From Kiritimatiellia bacterium (GTDB taxonomy: Bacteria > Verrucomicrobiota > Kiritimatiellia > JAAZAB01), in the NCBI GenBank assembly GCA_040767085.1, contig JAXGPF010000003.1, positions 128,001 to 192,000 on the forward strand: a DNA stretch of 64,000 nucleotides, read 5' to 3'. Positions 19,701 to 28,424 of this stretch are shown piece after piece. A program made the translations under genes and the position numbers. The notes beneath the pieces are model-generated. The model was not told the origin of the DNA. It ran no database searches and saw only the letters and a program-made list of their open reading frames with translations. How positions within the stretch are numbered: the first letter of the stretch is position 1; each line of letters starts with the position of its first letter.

Positions 19701-21096
19701 TGGAGGCCGCCGTGTCCGGCGCCAGCTCCTGCGCCACGACCTGCGCGGAATCAGCGCGCGCGGCATTGAAAACCGCCCGGACGCCGGCGCCGGCATCCAC
19801 GGCGAACTCCCAGCCGATTTCCCGGAACCAGACCTTTTGGGTATCTTCCGACAGCACCAGCGTGTGCGTGATCTTGGCCTGCGGCAGCCCGGCAAACGCC
19901 TCTACGCGGACGATGTAACGCGCCAGCGGCGTCCCATCCGCCGCGCGGTAAAAGCCCTCGCAGCGCACGCAGGCCGCCACCGGGCCGCGCGCTTCCACCC
20001 GCAGGCTGTTTTCATCCAATACCGCGGACGCCTCCCGCCCGGTCTGATCCACCACGTATAGCCCGCGCGCGCCGGCGGTGGTTGCCAGCCGGCGCTCCCC
20101 GAGCCAGACTTCGGCAATCGGCGAGTTGGCCCCGCCCAGCACATAACGCGCCGCGCCGGTATCCAGGATGATTTGCCCGTTTTGTTCGCTGACGGACACT
20201 CCCGCCGCCGGCGCCGCAGCGGACGGCGCCATTTCCAGATAATATTGCAGCGCCGGATCGACCAGGGCATCCACCCGCACCCACTGCACCGCGCCATCCC
20301 GGGCCCAGCGGCCGGTGATTTCGGTCTGCATGGCCGCCTCACCCCCGCCGTCATCCACCAGGCGCATCGCAAACCCGTCCCAGGCTGCGCCGGCCGGGAA
20401 CGGCACGCCGAAGGTTACGGGCACAATGCCGGCGCGCGACGATGCCGGCGGCACATCCAGCACCACCGGAATCCGCGTGTCGGGCGGCAGCGGCGCCGGG
20501 GGGTCCTCCGCCCGCAGGAATACCTCAAACACATCCGTGGTTTGCCCGTTTTCGATTAAATTCAGCGCCAACCGCCCGCGCCGCAGTCCATGCCGGCGCA
20601 AGTCCACCGACAGCCGGCCCCGGCAATGCTCCGGGACCGTCTCCAGCGCCGCCGCCGGCTTGGCCGCGCCCAAATCAATCAGCCGGGCCGCCAGGCGCGA
20701 CTTGGCCAAATCCACTTCCGGGCTGATGTGAAAACCGACTTCAATCCAGCGTTCCCATGGCCGCGCATCATCACGTTCAAGCTGGACCTGCCAGCGAGCG
20801 GACGCGGAGGCCGGCGCCGGGGGCGGCGCATTCGTGCCCTCCCGCCATGGGTAATGATCAAACGCAAATTCCAATCCGGCATCCGCCCGCGCCATGCCCG
20901 CCGCCAGGAGCAGCGCGCACAGCGAATGGCCGGCGCAACCGTGCATTCTGCGAGCCTGTTTCAAAAGTCCTGCCAGGAATGGTCGGGGTGGAACCCGCCC
21001 CTCCATAAAAGGGCGATATCTCAGATTTGGGATGAACAACTTCCACATCGTCCACGGCGTTTGAAACCGGCTCAGCCAATTCGTTTTTGCGCGCAT
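16729..21096 (-). CDS. Large secreted protein with YetA/exo-rhamnogalacturonan-lyase-like region and C-terminal LamG-like domain
   Basis: Signal-like LCALLLAAGMARA-DA; PVTFGVPFPAG, W..DG.VQW, GPVAACVR.EG; C-terminal GTIEFYF, WVHLAYVW, DGVVDELRISD. Start is 21096 (AAGGA RBS) or 20946. Confidence 0.65.
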   Translation of the reverse strand: MRAKTNWLSRFQTPWTMWKLFIPNLRYRPFMEGRVPPRPFLAGLLKQARRMHGCAGHSLCALLLAAGMARADAGLEFAFDHYPWREGTNAPPPAPASASARWQVQLERDDARPWERWIEVGFHISPEVDLAKSRLAARLIDLGAAKPAAALETVPEHCRGRLSVDLRRHGLRRGRLALNLIENGQTTDVFEVFLRAEDPPAPLPPDTRIPVVLDVPPASSRAGIVPVTFGVPFPAGAAWDGFAMRLVDDGGGEAAMQTEITGRWARDGAVQWVRVDALVDPALQYYLEMAPSAAAPAAGVSVSEQNGQIILDTGAARYVLGGANSPIAEVWLGERRLATTAGARGLYVVDQTGREASAVLDENSLRVEARGPVAACVRCEGFYRAADGTPLARYIVRVEAFAGLPQAKITHTLVLSEDTQKVWFREIGWEFAVDAGAGVRAVFNAARADSAQVVAQELAPDTAASMLQDAHFQLGAGTNHFSIAAGNRVLHQGEECGDWAMLHGARGGWLAVCREVARQHPKEFEISAGRFSLKLFSHRAGDELDFRPATLAKKWHLDAKKALALQAAPGNAAGWAKTHELLFAPLPPPRAAALAPALAAAHSRPVYAAAAPDWICRSGALGPLHPRDPENFARAEQLIDACLRFWGDLALTPGHYGFVNYFAGPTYSGPANYSKRYRSTYGTRSGAWLVYARSGGRAAREFAAGINRSFMDNWLTHWEAPGKVRGVYLRHGGELESYPLFWGGETAFQIDSSTDLNQFLWMYQLTGYRRAGDVLEQFAAGLKQGWRPAMHAWRKLMVFRVLTQAYGFTWDPELRALADATYQTFYDPQSAVSLTKDNRPYKSSTYKLGVDVRGLIEAERIYGTPIYHESLSWARDSLPGVAWPLSYMNPFGYLGDYIYRTTGDPSVAAAMEYAIRRAGTAYNPAAGTYSGDSGASSVAAFFEGLPYAMSVVARAGALRQRPASWLAFQDYGFPTRIVAQKENLQQLDLEVQMPWDGQQIGTVGGVIAVQPLGHALPWGLDLNQVAEREIARAQVRIPRDAPGGAYALRYAPRSGSREFTGWFVMARQRVPLVLYAPEYWQLPDIVPAANVYFKLPQQSASARIFLEGRGRLYDPAGKLFGSAEGAQGWVSLPGDRPGLWRLEPLENRLIRAEGFPPFFAMHEPEFYFEPPIDWRTELPSAPSAAAALAPAGERFAPGRLAAAPGNRAAVLRGNEQLVLDAGPPHPGGDGGLFLPQRAGTIEFYFRPAWGTFDLGTGAVERCLLRLSPGPGRGLDWGLTYRVDPAGTAILGGPISASHALFGWIYADTPNSQPYWVRCWMLQTLMEREEWVHLAYVWGLRPARGPHGEPLSLLNLEIFCNGRSVRKTVFANGHDGVLPKGAPSHLALGPLDGVVDELRISDVQRYQGAFTPAPRAGEWELDEHTRALCRFNGDLSILTGAASAPPAEALITSGEK
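20952..21073. mobile_element. 122-bp MITE-like element containing a GGAG-type REP hairpin
   Basis: GAGCCTGTTTCAAA / TTTGAAACCGGCTC (13 of 14 match); internal ggtcggggtggaacccgcccctcc. Confidence 0.65.
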
Positions 21097-21124
21097 CTTG
21101 TTCCTTGGATTGAGGCACATACGG

Positions 21125-22480
21125 CTATTGGAAACGAAACATGGTTCCGCGCAATTGGTATTCGTAACATCCCATGTCCGGCTTGCCGCCGAAATGGTCC
21201 ACCCGGCGGAATCCATCCAAATCCTGCGCCCCGGGCATCCAGGACAGGCTGAGCCCGGCATTAAGGCAGGGCGAGTCCGCCTGCAAATGATAATCGCCCC
21301 CGCCGGCAAACAGCGGCGGCCCCTCGATATTGCCGGCATCGGGAGTCGGCAATCCCGCAACCGGCGTGGTGCAGGTGTTGGAGACTACCGAGTTAGGGCT
21401 CGCAAAATTGTAATTTGCCGGGCTGTTGCTGTAAATTATACAGTTAAAAAAGTCGGCGGGATTGGCGTCCGCTCTGATATTAAACCCAGCCCCCGAACCG
21501 GCAGTATTCCCGGCAATAGTGCAATTAAAAACACTGATGCCGTAATAACCATAAACGCCTCCATACGAACCGCTGGCGTTATCAGCCACCAAGGTGTTGC
21601 GCAACACGCCGTAGTTGACTACCCAAATGCCACCAGCGCCATTGGTGGAAACGTTCCCCTGCACCCGGCAACGGTCCACCAGCGTAGCGGCCTGAATATA
21701 CATGCCGCCGCCCCGGTAGGCCGACGTGTTGGATTGCACGAGGCAGTCATAAAGTTCCACCGTCCCCTGGCTCCAGATGCCGCCGGCGGATGAACAAGAA
21801 TCGTTGCCGCTGAATTCCGTGTTATAAACTTTCGTGTTTTGCAGCCAGGCGCCGCCGGCAACGGCAGTGTTGGTGTTATACAGCGCCGCCCGATTGCCGC
21901 GCACAAAGCAATTGGAAACCGCAACCTGGAATCCGAGGGTGGCCAAGACATACGCTCCGCCTCCGCCGGCGGGGGAGATATTATTGATATTTTCGGCGGT
22001 GTTGCCGTCAATCGCGCACCGGTGAAGCTCCGCCGTGCCGGCGCCGGAAGCCACGACATACAGACCGCCGCCGCGCAAATAACTGTAACCGTTGGTCATG
22101 ATCAACCCATCCACCACAACCCGTAAAGACGCCACGCGGTTCACGCCCAGGCAGCGGTTGGATCCGCCGCCGTCAATCACCACTGTGCCGGGCCCGTTCC
22201 AGGCGCGCAGCGTCAATGAATTGGTGATATAAATCACATTCGTGCCATTCCAATCCACCGCCTGGGCATCCGCTTTGTAAACGCCGTTGGAAATCCAGAT
22301 GGTGGACCCGGTGGGCGCAATGCCGATGACGCCCTGGATGCTGCTGGCCGCATTCGCCCAACTACCCGCGCCATCACCCGTCCCATTGGTCGCCACGAAA
22401 TAATCGGCGCGGGCCGGCCCGCTCAACATCCACATGCCGGCCGCCAGCCACCCGATCACTACATACTTGAATGCCTTCAT
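21125..22480 (-). CDS. Secreted right-handed beta-helix protein
   Basis: Signal peptide (..GPARA-DYFV), repeated N.A..GGG.Y coils, DYHLQADSPCLNAG, DMGCYEY; GGAGG RBS. Confidence 0.85.
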   Translation of the reverse strand: MKAFKYVVIGWLAAGMWMLSGPARADYFVATNGTGDGAGSWANAASSIQGVIGIAPTGSTIWISNGVYKADAQAVDWNGTNVIYITNSLTLRAWNGPGTVVIDGGGSNRCLGVNRVASLRVVVDGLIMTNGYSYLRGGGLYVVASGAGTAELHRCAIDGNTAENINNISPAGGGGAYVLATLGFQVAVSNCFVRGNRAALYNTNTAVAGGAWLQNTKVYNTEFSGNDSCSSAGGIWSQGTVELYDCLVQSNTSAYRGGGMYIQAATLVDRCRVQGNVSTNGAGGIWVVNYGVLRNTLVADNASGSYGGVYGYYGISVFNCTIAGNTAGSGAGFNIRADANPADFFNCIIYSNSPANYNFASPNSVVSNTCTTPVAGLPTPDAGNIEGPPLFAGGGDYHLQADSPCLNAGLSLSWMPGAQDLDGFRRVDHFGGKPDMGCYEYQLRGTMFRFQ

Positions 22481-22513
22481 ATCAACCTCCTGTTGTTCCA
22501 CCGCACAATCGCC

Positions 22514-23632
22514 TCAACTTGCGCCCCCGCCGCCTATGTTGGCAATGGCCTGCGCCAGCGCTGGTGTATGACCCATCTTCAATTCGCCATGCTGCTCACC
22601 GCCGGCCTTGCCGGAAGCCAGGGCGGCGGACGATCCGCAAGATTCCCGCACGACCAATTCCGTCGGCACCAGCAGCCGGCGCCGCGGCGGTGTGCCGCCA
22701 TGAATCAGCGTATCCAACATTTCAACGGCCGCCCGGCCCAGTTCAGCGGGATTCTGCCGCACCGTCGTCAAGGCCGGGCGGATGCGGTCAAACAGGGGGA
22801 TATCGTCATAACTGACGACCGCCATGTCCCGGGGCACGCTGATGCCGCGCGCAGCCAGATGATCCAGCAATAAAAGCGTATAGCGGAATTCCGAGCAAAA
22901 CAGAGCGGTGGGCGGATTTTCCAGCGCCAGCATCGCGTCGCATAAATCCGCCGCCGTGCGCTTTACCAGGCTGCCGACCAGGGCCCGGTCGCGCGGAATG
23001 CCCAGCGAGCGCAAGGCGCTGTGATAACCCCGCAAACGCTCCCGGCCGGCATCGTAAGAATCCCGGACAATGGCCCCGATGCGCCGATGCCCCAGGGTTG
23101 CCAGGTGTTCGATCAAGCGCCGGCATCCGTTGTGATTATCTGAACATACCGCGTAAATGTCGTCCCGCTTGCCGCGGCAATCGAAAAACACCACCGGCCA
23201 TGCATGCTGCCTGGCCAGGTCCGCCATCCCGGCGGATACCGCGCCGGCTATGACAATCAAGCCGTCCGCCAGTCGTTGCCGGAGGGCATGCTCCAGGACG
23301 CGTTCCAGCGGCTCACCGGAATAGGTATAAAACAGCAGAGAATATTTCCGGCCCTCCGCTGCCCGCCCGATCCCGGCCAGGTTCTGAGCCACCACCACAT
23401 TGCTGATAAACCCAAAGGACGGCACAATCAATCCAATGCAGCCGGTTTTCCCCAGTACCAGCGACCGCGCAACATGATGCGGATGATATTTTAATTCATC
23501 CGCCACGCGCGCGACAGCCGCGCGGGTCCCCGGCGGAATCTGGCGGCTGTAATTCAGGGCGCGGGACACCGTCGAGTGATGCAGGCCAAGCCGGCGGGCA
23601 ATATCCTTGATCGTGGCCGGGGCGTTTGCCAT
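22514..23632 (-). CDS. LacI-family transcriptional regulator
   Basis: TIKDIARRLGLHHSTVSRALN, VPRDMAVVSYDD, LTTVRQ, ELVVRESC. Confidence 0.93.
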   Translation of the reverse strand: MANAPATIKDIARRLGLHHSTVSRALNYSRQIPPGTRAAVARVADELKYHPHHVARSLVLGKTGCIGLIVPSFGFISNVVVAQNLAGIGRAAEGRKYSLLFYTYSGEPLERVLEHALRQRLADGLIVIAGAVSAGMADLARQHAWPVVFFDCRGKRDDIYAVCSDNHNGCRRLIEHLATLGHRRIGAIVRDSYDAGRERLRGYHSALRSLGIPRDRALVGSLVKRTAADLCDAMLALENPPTALFCSEFRYTLLLLDHLAARGISVPRDMAVVSYDDIPLFDRIRPALTTVRQNPAELGRAAVEMLDTLIHGGTPPRRRLLVPTELVVRESCGSSAALASGKAGGEQHGELKMGHTPALAQAIANIGGGGAS

Positions 23633-23645
23633 GGCGGAAACTCTT

Positions 23646-23665
23646 TTGCGCACACGTTTGCGAAA
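23646..23665. promoter_or_regulatory. Candidate LacI-type operator
   Basis: TTGCGCACA-CG-TTTGCGAAA, a CG-centred palindrome (7 of 9 arm matches) 13 bp upstream of the LacI start. Confidence 0.6.
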
Positions 23666-23699
23666 CTGACAGTTTTGTAGCAGCCGCGCGCGCCGGAGG

Positions 23700-23802
23700 C
23701 AAGCAAAATAATGGGGGGATGCCCGGCGCGGACCGCCTGGATGGCCGCCACGGCGCCGGCGGTGCCGCCGCCGGCCACGATCACGTCATATGCCTGTTTC
23801 AT
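23700..23802 (-). pseudogene. N-terminal fragment of an FAD-dependent oxidoreductase
   Basis: AAGGA RBS then MKQAYDVIVAGGGTAGAVAAIQAVRAG; similarity is lost after about 30 codons. Confidence 0.75.
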
Positions 23803-23874
23803 CCGCGATTTTCCTTTTGATGGGCGACGATTTGAGTGGAAGCTATACCATCAGCTGGAATATTTTGGATTCTT

Positions 23875-24468
23875 TTATTTGTCTGCTGCCGCCGCCTTAA
23901 CAATTTGAATGCCGCCGCTCAGCACAACCGCCACGATGGCGAGCCCTATAACCAGGTCGGGATAACGGCTGCCCGACAACCAGACTAATGCTCCGGAAAT
24001 TATGACCCCCAGGTTGGCAATCACGTCATTCCTGGAGAAGATCGTTGACGCGCGCATATGTATGCCGCCTTGACGGTGCTTCGAAATAAGCCAGAGACAG
24101 ACAGAATTAGCCATCAATGCAACTATGCCGACGCCCATCATGAGACTGCTGACAGGTTCGCTGCCCATGACAAACCGCCGCAACACATCGCCAAGCACCA
24201 GTCCGGCCAGCAGGATTTGAGTGATGCCGCTCAATTTCGCGGCTTTGCATTTCAAGGCATGGCTTCCCCCGACAGCATATAGACTGATTGAGTACACGGA
24301 TGCATCCGCAAACATGTCCAGCGAATCGGCCAGCAACCCGGTTGATTCCGCCAGCAGGCCAAGCGCCAGTTCGAAAACAAACATGAAGGCGTTGATGCCA
24401 AGGACCACCAGAAGCGTTTTGCGCTCCTGCCTGGTCCGCGCTTCCATTTCACATCCGCATCCAGACAT
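23875..24468 (-). CDS. Cation diffusion facilitator (CzcD-like, no C-terminal domain)
   Basis: LLADSLDMFADA, MRASTIFSRNDVIAN, YPDLVIG. Confidence 0.85.
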   Translation of the reverse strand: MSGCGCEMEARTRQERKTLLVVLGINAFMFVFELALGLLAESTGLLADSLDMFADASVYSISLYAVGGSHALKCKAAKLSGITQILLAGLVLGDVLRRFVMGSEPVSSLMMGVGIVALMANSVCLWLISKHRQGGIHMRASTIFSRNDVIANLGVIISGALVWLSGSRYPDLVIGLAIVAVVLSGGIQIVKAAAADK

Positions 24469-24482
24469 AAGCAATCACACAG

Positions 24483-25142
24483 TCAGGCGATTCCGCTTGA
24501 CTCCAAACAGCCGGCTAGGTCGGCAAGCGACTGAAAAATCAAATCCGGACCGGCGCTTTCGATTTCCGCGCGGCTGCCATAACCATGCATCACGGCGGCG
24601 GTCGCAACGCCATTCTGTTTGCCCCCGATAATATCGCAATACCGGTCGCCCACCATGAGCGATGCCGCGGGATTCAAATCCTCGGCCTTGAGAATACAGG
24701 CCACCAGGTCGGTTTTATCCGTCAAACGTCCGTCGAGTTCGCTGCCATAAATGCCGTGGAAAAACGACCGCAGTTCGAAATGGTCGAGGATACGGCTGGC
24801 AAAGACCGTTGGCTTCGCCGTGGCGAGAAACACCCGGCAGCCGCCCGCGCCAATCCTGGCGAGCGCGGCGGCCGTCCCCGGATAGACGGCATTCTCATAA
24901 ATCCCGGTCGCGGCGAACCGCTCCCGGTAGTATTGCAGGGCTGTATCCATCAGCGCCTGGTCGTCGGAGCCCAGCAAACGGGCAAAAGACTGTTTCAGCG
25001 GCGGCCCGATACACCAGAGCAGTTCGTCGGCCGGCGGCGCCTCTCTGCCCAGCCGGCCGAGCGCGAATTGGATGCAGCGCGTTATCCCGTCCTTGGGATC
25101 GGTGAGCGTGCCGTCCAGATCCATTAAAACGTTGCGAATCAT
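24483..25142 (-). CDS. HAD-family hydrolase (phosphoglycolate phosphatase/5'-nucleotidase-like)
   Basis: DLDGTLTD, LATAK, MVGDR..D. Confidence 0.88.
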   Translation of the reverse strand: MIRNVLMDLDGTLTDPKDGITRCIQFALGRLGREAPPADELLWCIGPPLKQSFARLLGSDDQALMDTALQYYRERFAATGIYENAVYPGTAAALARIGAGGCRVFLATAKPTVFASRILDHFELRSFFHGIYGSELDGRLTDKTDLVACILKAEDLNPAASLMVGDRYCDIIGGKQNGVATAAVMHGYGSRAEIESAGPDLIFQSLADLAGCLESSGIA

Positions 25143-25184
25143 GGCTGACCCATCACGCCCCGGTTCTTACGCGGGCCAGTCTCA

Positions 25185-25967
25185 TCAGGCGCTTTTATCC
25201 GCCGGCAATGCGCCATGCGCGCCTTTTTTGAACACATAAATCGCCCAGCCCAACGTTTCCCGCCCCCACCGCAGGTACGCGGCCTTGCCTTTCCGCACCC
25301 GTTGCAGAACGGCCTCCACATCCGGGTCGTCCTGATGGTTAGCGGCCCAGCTTTCCACAGCATGCCACTGTAATCCTTCATAACGATCCCAGTCATCCTG
25401 GTTGCTTACGAGCGTATAAACTGCCTCCAAGCCCTGCTCGCGCCCGATCTCTACATTCTGGTAATGCGTTCCAAAGTCGGCCCGGGCCAGCCCGATTGCT
25501 TCCAAGTACTCTCGTTCCGGCTCATGCCGCCAGTACGGCTCTCCCACGACGATCAAACTTTCCGGGGCGGCCATCTTCCGCAGCGCGTTCAACGTCCCGC
25601 CATGCCCGCCATAAATCCAGCTCGCCCCGATGCAGGCTGCCAGGTTAAAGCTCTCCCAGGTCTCCGGGACATACTTCGCGCCGTCCATCTCCAGAAATTG
25701 GAGTTGGGCATCCGGAACACGTTCTTGATGCTTCTTGCGGACATCCGCAATGCAGTAAGGAGAGAAATCGACTCCTGTCCCGGTTATATCACGGTACCGT
25801 TCGGCAAGCCTGATGAGAAACTCGCCCTTGCCGCAGGCAATATCCAGCACGCGCGCCCCGGGTTGCAGGTAGAAAAGCGCGACCAGTTGTTCCAGTTTCT
25901 CTGGGCTCATCGGATTGCAAAGAACGTGTTCCCGATGCGTAATGTTAAAGAATTTCCACATGTCCAT
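25185..25967 (-). CDS. Class I SAM-dependent methyltransferase (YjhP-like)
   Basis: VLDIACGKGE, GVDFS, CIGASWI.GG, GEPYW; GGAG RBS. Confidence 0.85.
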   Translation of the reverse strand: MDMWKFFNITHREHVLCNPMSPEKLEQLVALFYLQPGARVLDIACGKGEFLIRLAERYRDITGTGVDFSPYCIADVRKKHQERVPDAQLQFLEMDGAKYVPETWESFNLAACIGASWIYGGHGGTLNALRKMAAPESLIVVGEPYWRHEPEREYLEAIGLARADFGTHYQNVEIGREQGLEAVYTLVSNQDDWDRYEGLQWHAVESWAANHQDDPDVEAVLQRVRKGKAAYLRWGRETLGWAIYVFKKGAHGALPADKSA

Positions 25968-25986
25968 GTTTCCATCTCCGGAAATT

Positions 25987-27098
25987 GGGGTCAGTCCCGT
26001 ATTCTAGTAATTTCATCCAGTTGCCTGCGCTTTTTTATGATCTGCCGATCCTGATTCATTTCAATCATACGCGGGTAACGCGAGAAGCAATCCACCCGCC
26101 CCATGATCAGCTTTTGACAAATCCATTGATTTGGCACCGCGGTCCGGCGGCGTATCAGCCAGGCGATCAAACATTTTTCGGCGTCAATGTGTTTTCTTGC
26201 CTGCATTTGAGCAAGTGGCACCCCAAAATGCTCTAATGCCCGCTTGAGCAGAATTTCCGCTTCCTGTTCGTCATGCTTGCGTGCAGCTTCCCCAGAGTAA
26301 GATTCGCGCTTCCCTGGAAGTCTTTCCATACGTTGCGCTAAAATACGCCGGAATGTTTCATTGCCATAATACCAACCCCGGCGGACCGCTTCCCATTCAG
26401 AAGCATCCTTTTGGGCGCCTTTTCTCGTGGATATTTCCGTAACACGCCTGTTTATATATATCTGGTAATCCAACCGCCCCCGTGGCGTCGCACTAAAACC
26501 CGAAGCGCTTAAAACACGTTTCGTTTCAAGCCAAGCCGGATGCTGGTGCTGGATATAAAACCGATAGCTGCTCCAGGGAAAAGCTTCCAACCCATTTTTC
26601 ATTACTTCCCGCAATCGGGCGCGTACGGGATTAAGGTGAATATACAAGCTTAACGCGGCAAAATAATGGCTGTCCACGCTAACCGGAATGGCCTTATAGC
26701 GCCCCTGGAATAAATGCCCGCAGGTGCCATTACGCAAATGGAAGCGTTGGGTATATGTTCCTTGGAGCCACTTCATCCCGGCCACCAGGTTGGCTTCCGG
26801 CGTTTCAAACAGCAGATGGTAATGATTGGGCATCAGCACGTAGGCATGGATTCGCCAACCGGTGCGCTCGCATGCCTCACCCAAAGCCGCAAGAAAGGCG
26901 TGCCTGTCACGGTCATTCAGAAAAATGAGATTGCGCCCGTTGCCACGGCTCATCACATGGTATACGGCGCCCTCATATTGAATGCGCAACTTTCTTGGCA
27001 TAGAACACTATTTATCAAAAAACAAAATGGACAACAAGATTTAAAAGCGGTTTCTGCACCAGAACGATGCAAATATACTATTATACGGGACTGACCCC
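25987..27098 (-). mobile_element. RAYT-type element bounded by a perfect 16-bp inverted repeat
   Basis: GGGGTCAGTCCCGTAT (25987-26002) / ATACGGGACTGACCCC (27083-27098); lower GC than its flanks. Confidence 0.8.
25991..27001 (-). CDS. REP-associated tyrosine transposase (Y1 HUH)
   Basis: YHVMSRG, YVLMPNHYHLL, GHLFQGRY, YIHLNPVRA, PWSSY. Confidence 0.9.
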   Translation of the reverse strand: MPRKLRIQYEGAVYHVMSRGNGRNLIFLNDRDRHAFLAALGEACERTGWRIHAYVLMPNHYHLLFETPEANLVAGMKWLQGTYTQRFHLRNGTCGHLFQGRYKAIPVSVDSHYFAALSLYIHLNPVRARLREVMKNGLEAFPWSSYRFYIQHQHPAWLETKRVLSASGFSATPRGRLDYQIYINRRVTEISTRKGAQKDASEWEAVRRGWYYGNETFRRILAQRMERLPGKRESYSGEAARKHDEQEAEILLKRALEHFGVPLAQMQARKHIDAEKCLIAWLIRRRTAVPNQWICQKLIMGRVDCFSRYPRMIEMNQDRQIIKKRRQLDEITRIRD

Positions 27099-27113
27099 TT
27101 TTTCTTTCTTTTC

Positions 27114-28424
27114 CTAAAACAACCCGGCGGCGGGGTGTCTTGATTCCAAAATTTCCCCGGCCAGGAAGAGCGAACCGGCGGCGCAGACGGCGCCCCGGCA
27201 CCCGGCCGCCCAGGCCCTCGCCTCGGCCAATGCCTCGGCGATGGAGGCCGCGGCGGCGGCTTCCCACCCCAGCGCGGCGGCGGCGGCGGCGATTTCCGCG
27301 GGCGGCCGGCCGCGCGGATTGCGCAACGGCACGGCCCAGCATCGTCGGACCAGGCCGTTGAATGGCCGGAGGAATCCCTGTAAATCCTTGTCATCGCATT
27401 GGCCGGCAACCAACCCCAGCGGTGTGCGCGCCGGCAGCAGTTCCTGCAGGGCGCGCGCGCAGGTGGCGGCGCCGGCAGGATTATGGGCGCCATCCAGGAT
27501 CAGCGGCGGCTTCTGTTCCAGCACTTGCAGCCGCGCCGGCCACCGTACCTGCTCCAAGCCCTCCCGCAACGCCGATTCCGGCAAATTCCCGCCGAATACC
27601 CGCTCCAAGACGGCGATGGCTACAGCGGCATTGCTCAGTTGATGGCGGCCGAGGAGCGGCAGACGCAGGCTGGTCTGCCAGCCGCCGGCGGTTTCCACAT
27701 GTATCCGCTGGCCTTCCAGCGACTGGCTCCGGCGCGCCACGCGCGCGATGGACGCCGCTTCGATCAGCGGCGCGCCCCGGCAACGGGCCGCGTCCCGCGC
27801 CACAACCTGGGCCTCCGGCGGCAGTTCGCCGATAACAACCGGCCGGCCAGGCTTGATGATGCCGCATTTTTCTCCCGCAATCTCCGCCAGGGTGCGGCCC
27901 AGGTAGGCGGTATGCTCAAGGCTGATATCGGTAATCACCGCAGCCAGAGGCATAACCACATTCGTGGCATCCAGCCGGCCGCCCATGCCAGTTTCAAGGA
28001 TCACCACGTCCGGCCGGGTGGATTCAAAATACTTGAAGGCCAGGGCCGTGACGATTTCAAAAAAGGTGGCGGCCCGGCCACCCGGCCCGGATTCCAGCCG
28101 CCGGCCCGCCTGCATGATTTCCGGCAGCAGGCCGGCCAGGATCTCATCGGGAATGCATTGGCCGGCGCAGCGGATGCGCTCGTTAAAGCGCACCAGATGC
28201 GGAGAAGTGTACAGACCGGTCTTCAGGCCGGCGGCGCGCAGGACGGATTCCAGCATAGCGCAGACCGAGCCCTTGCCGTTGGTGCCGGCAACGTGTATGC
28301 AAGGCAGGCGCTTTTCCGGGTTGCCCAGTTCCGCCAGCAGCGCCCGTTCGACTTCCAGGCCGGGCTTGATGCCCAACCTGGCCAGCGCATACAATTCATC
28401 CAGCAGCGGTTTGATCGGTCGCAT
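27114..28424 (-). CDS. folC: Folylpolyglutamate synthase / dihydrofolate synthase
   Basis: HVAGTNGKGS, YTSPHL, ETGMGGRLDATN, LDGAHNP. Confidence 0.95.
   Translation of the reverse strand: MRPIKPLLDELYALARLGIKPGLEVERALLAELGNPEKRLPCIHVAGTNGKGSVCAMLESVLRAAGLKTGLYTSPHLVRFNERIRCAGQCIPDEILAGLLPEIMQAGRRLESGPGGRAATFFEIVTALAFKYFESTRPDVVILETGMGGRLDATNVVMPLAAVITDISLEHTAYLGRTLAEIAGEKCGIIKPGRPVVIGELPPEAQVVARDAARCRGAPLIEAASIARVARRSQSLEGQRIHVETAGGWQTSLRLPLLGRHQLSNAAVAIAVLERVFGGNLPESALREGLEQVRWPARLQVLEQKPPLILDGAHNPAGAATCARALQELLPARTPLGLVAGQCDDKDLQGFLRPFNGLVRRCWAVPLRNPRGRPPAEIAAAAAALGWEAAAAASIAEALAEARAWAAGCRGAVCAAGSLFLAGEILESRHPAAGLF

Noticed and set aside
21097-21360. N-terminal extension of the 1543-aa ORF
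   Set aside because: It overlaps the beta-helix gene in another frame; plausible starts are 21096 or 20946.
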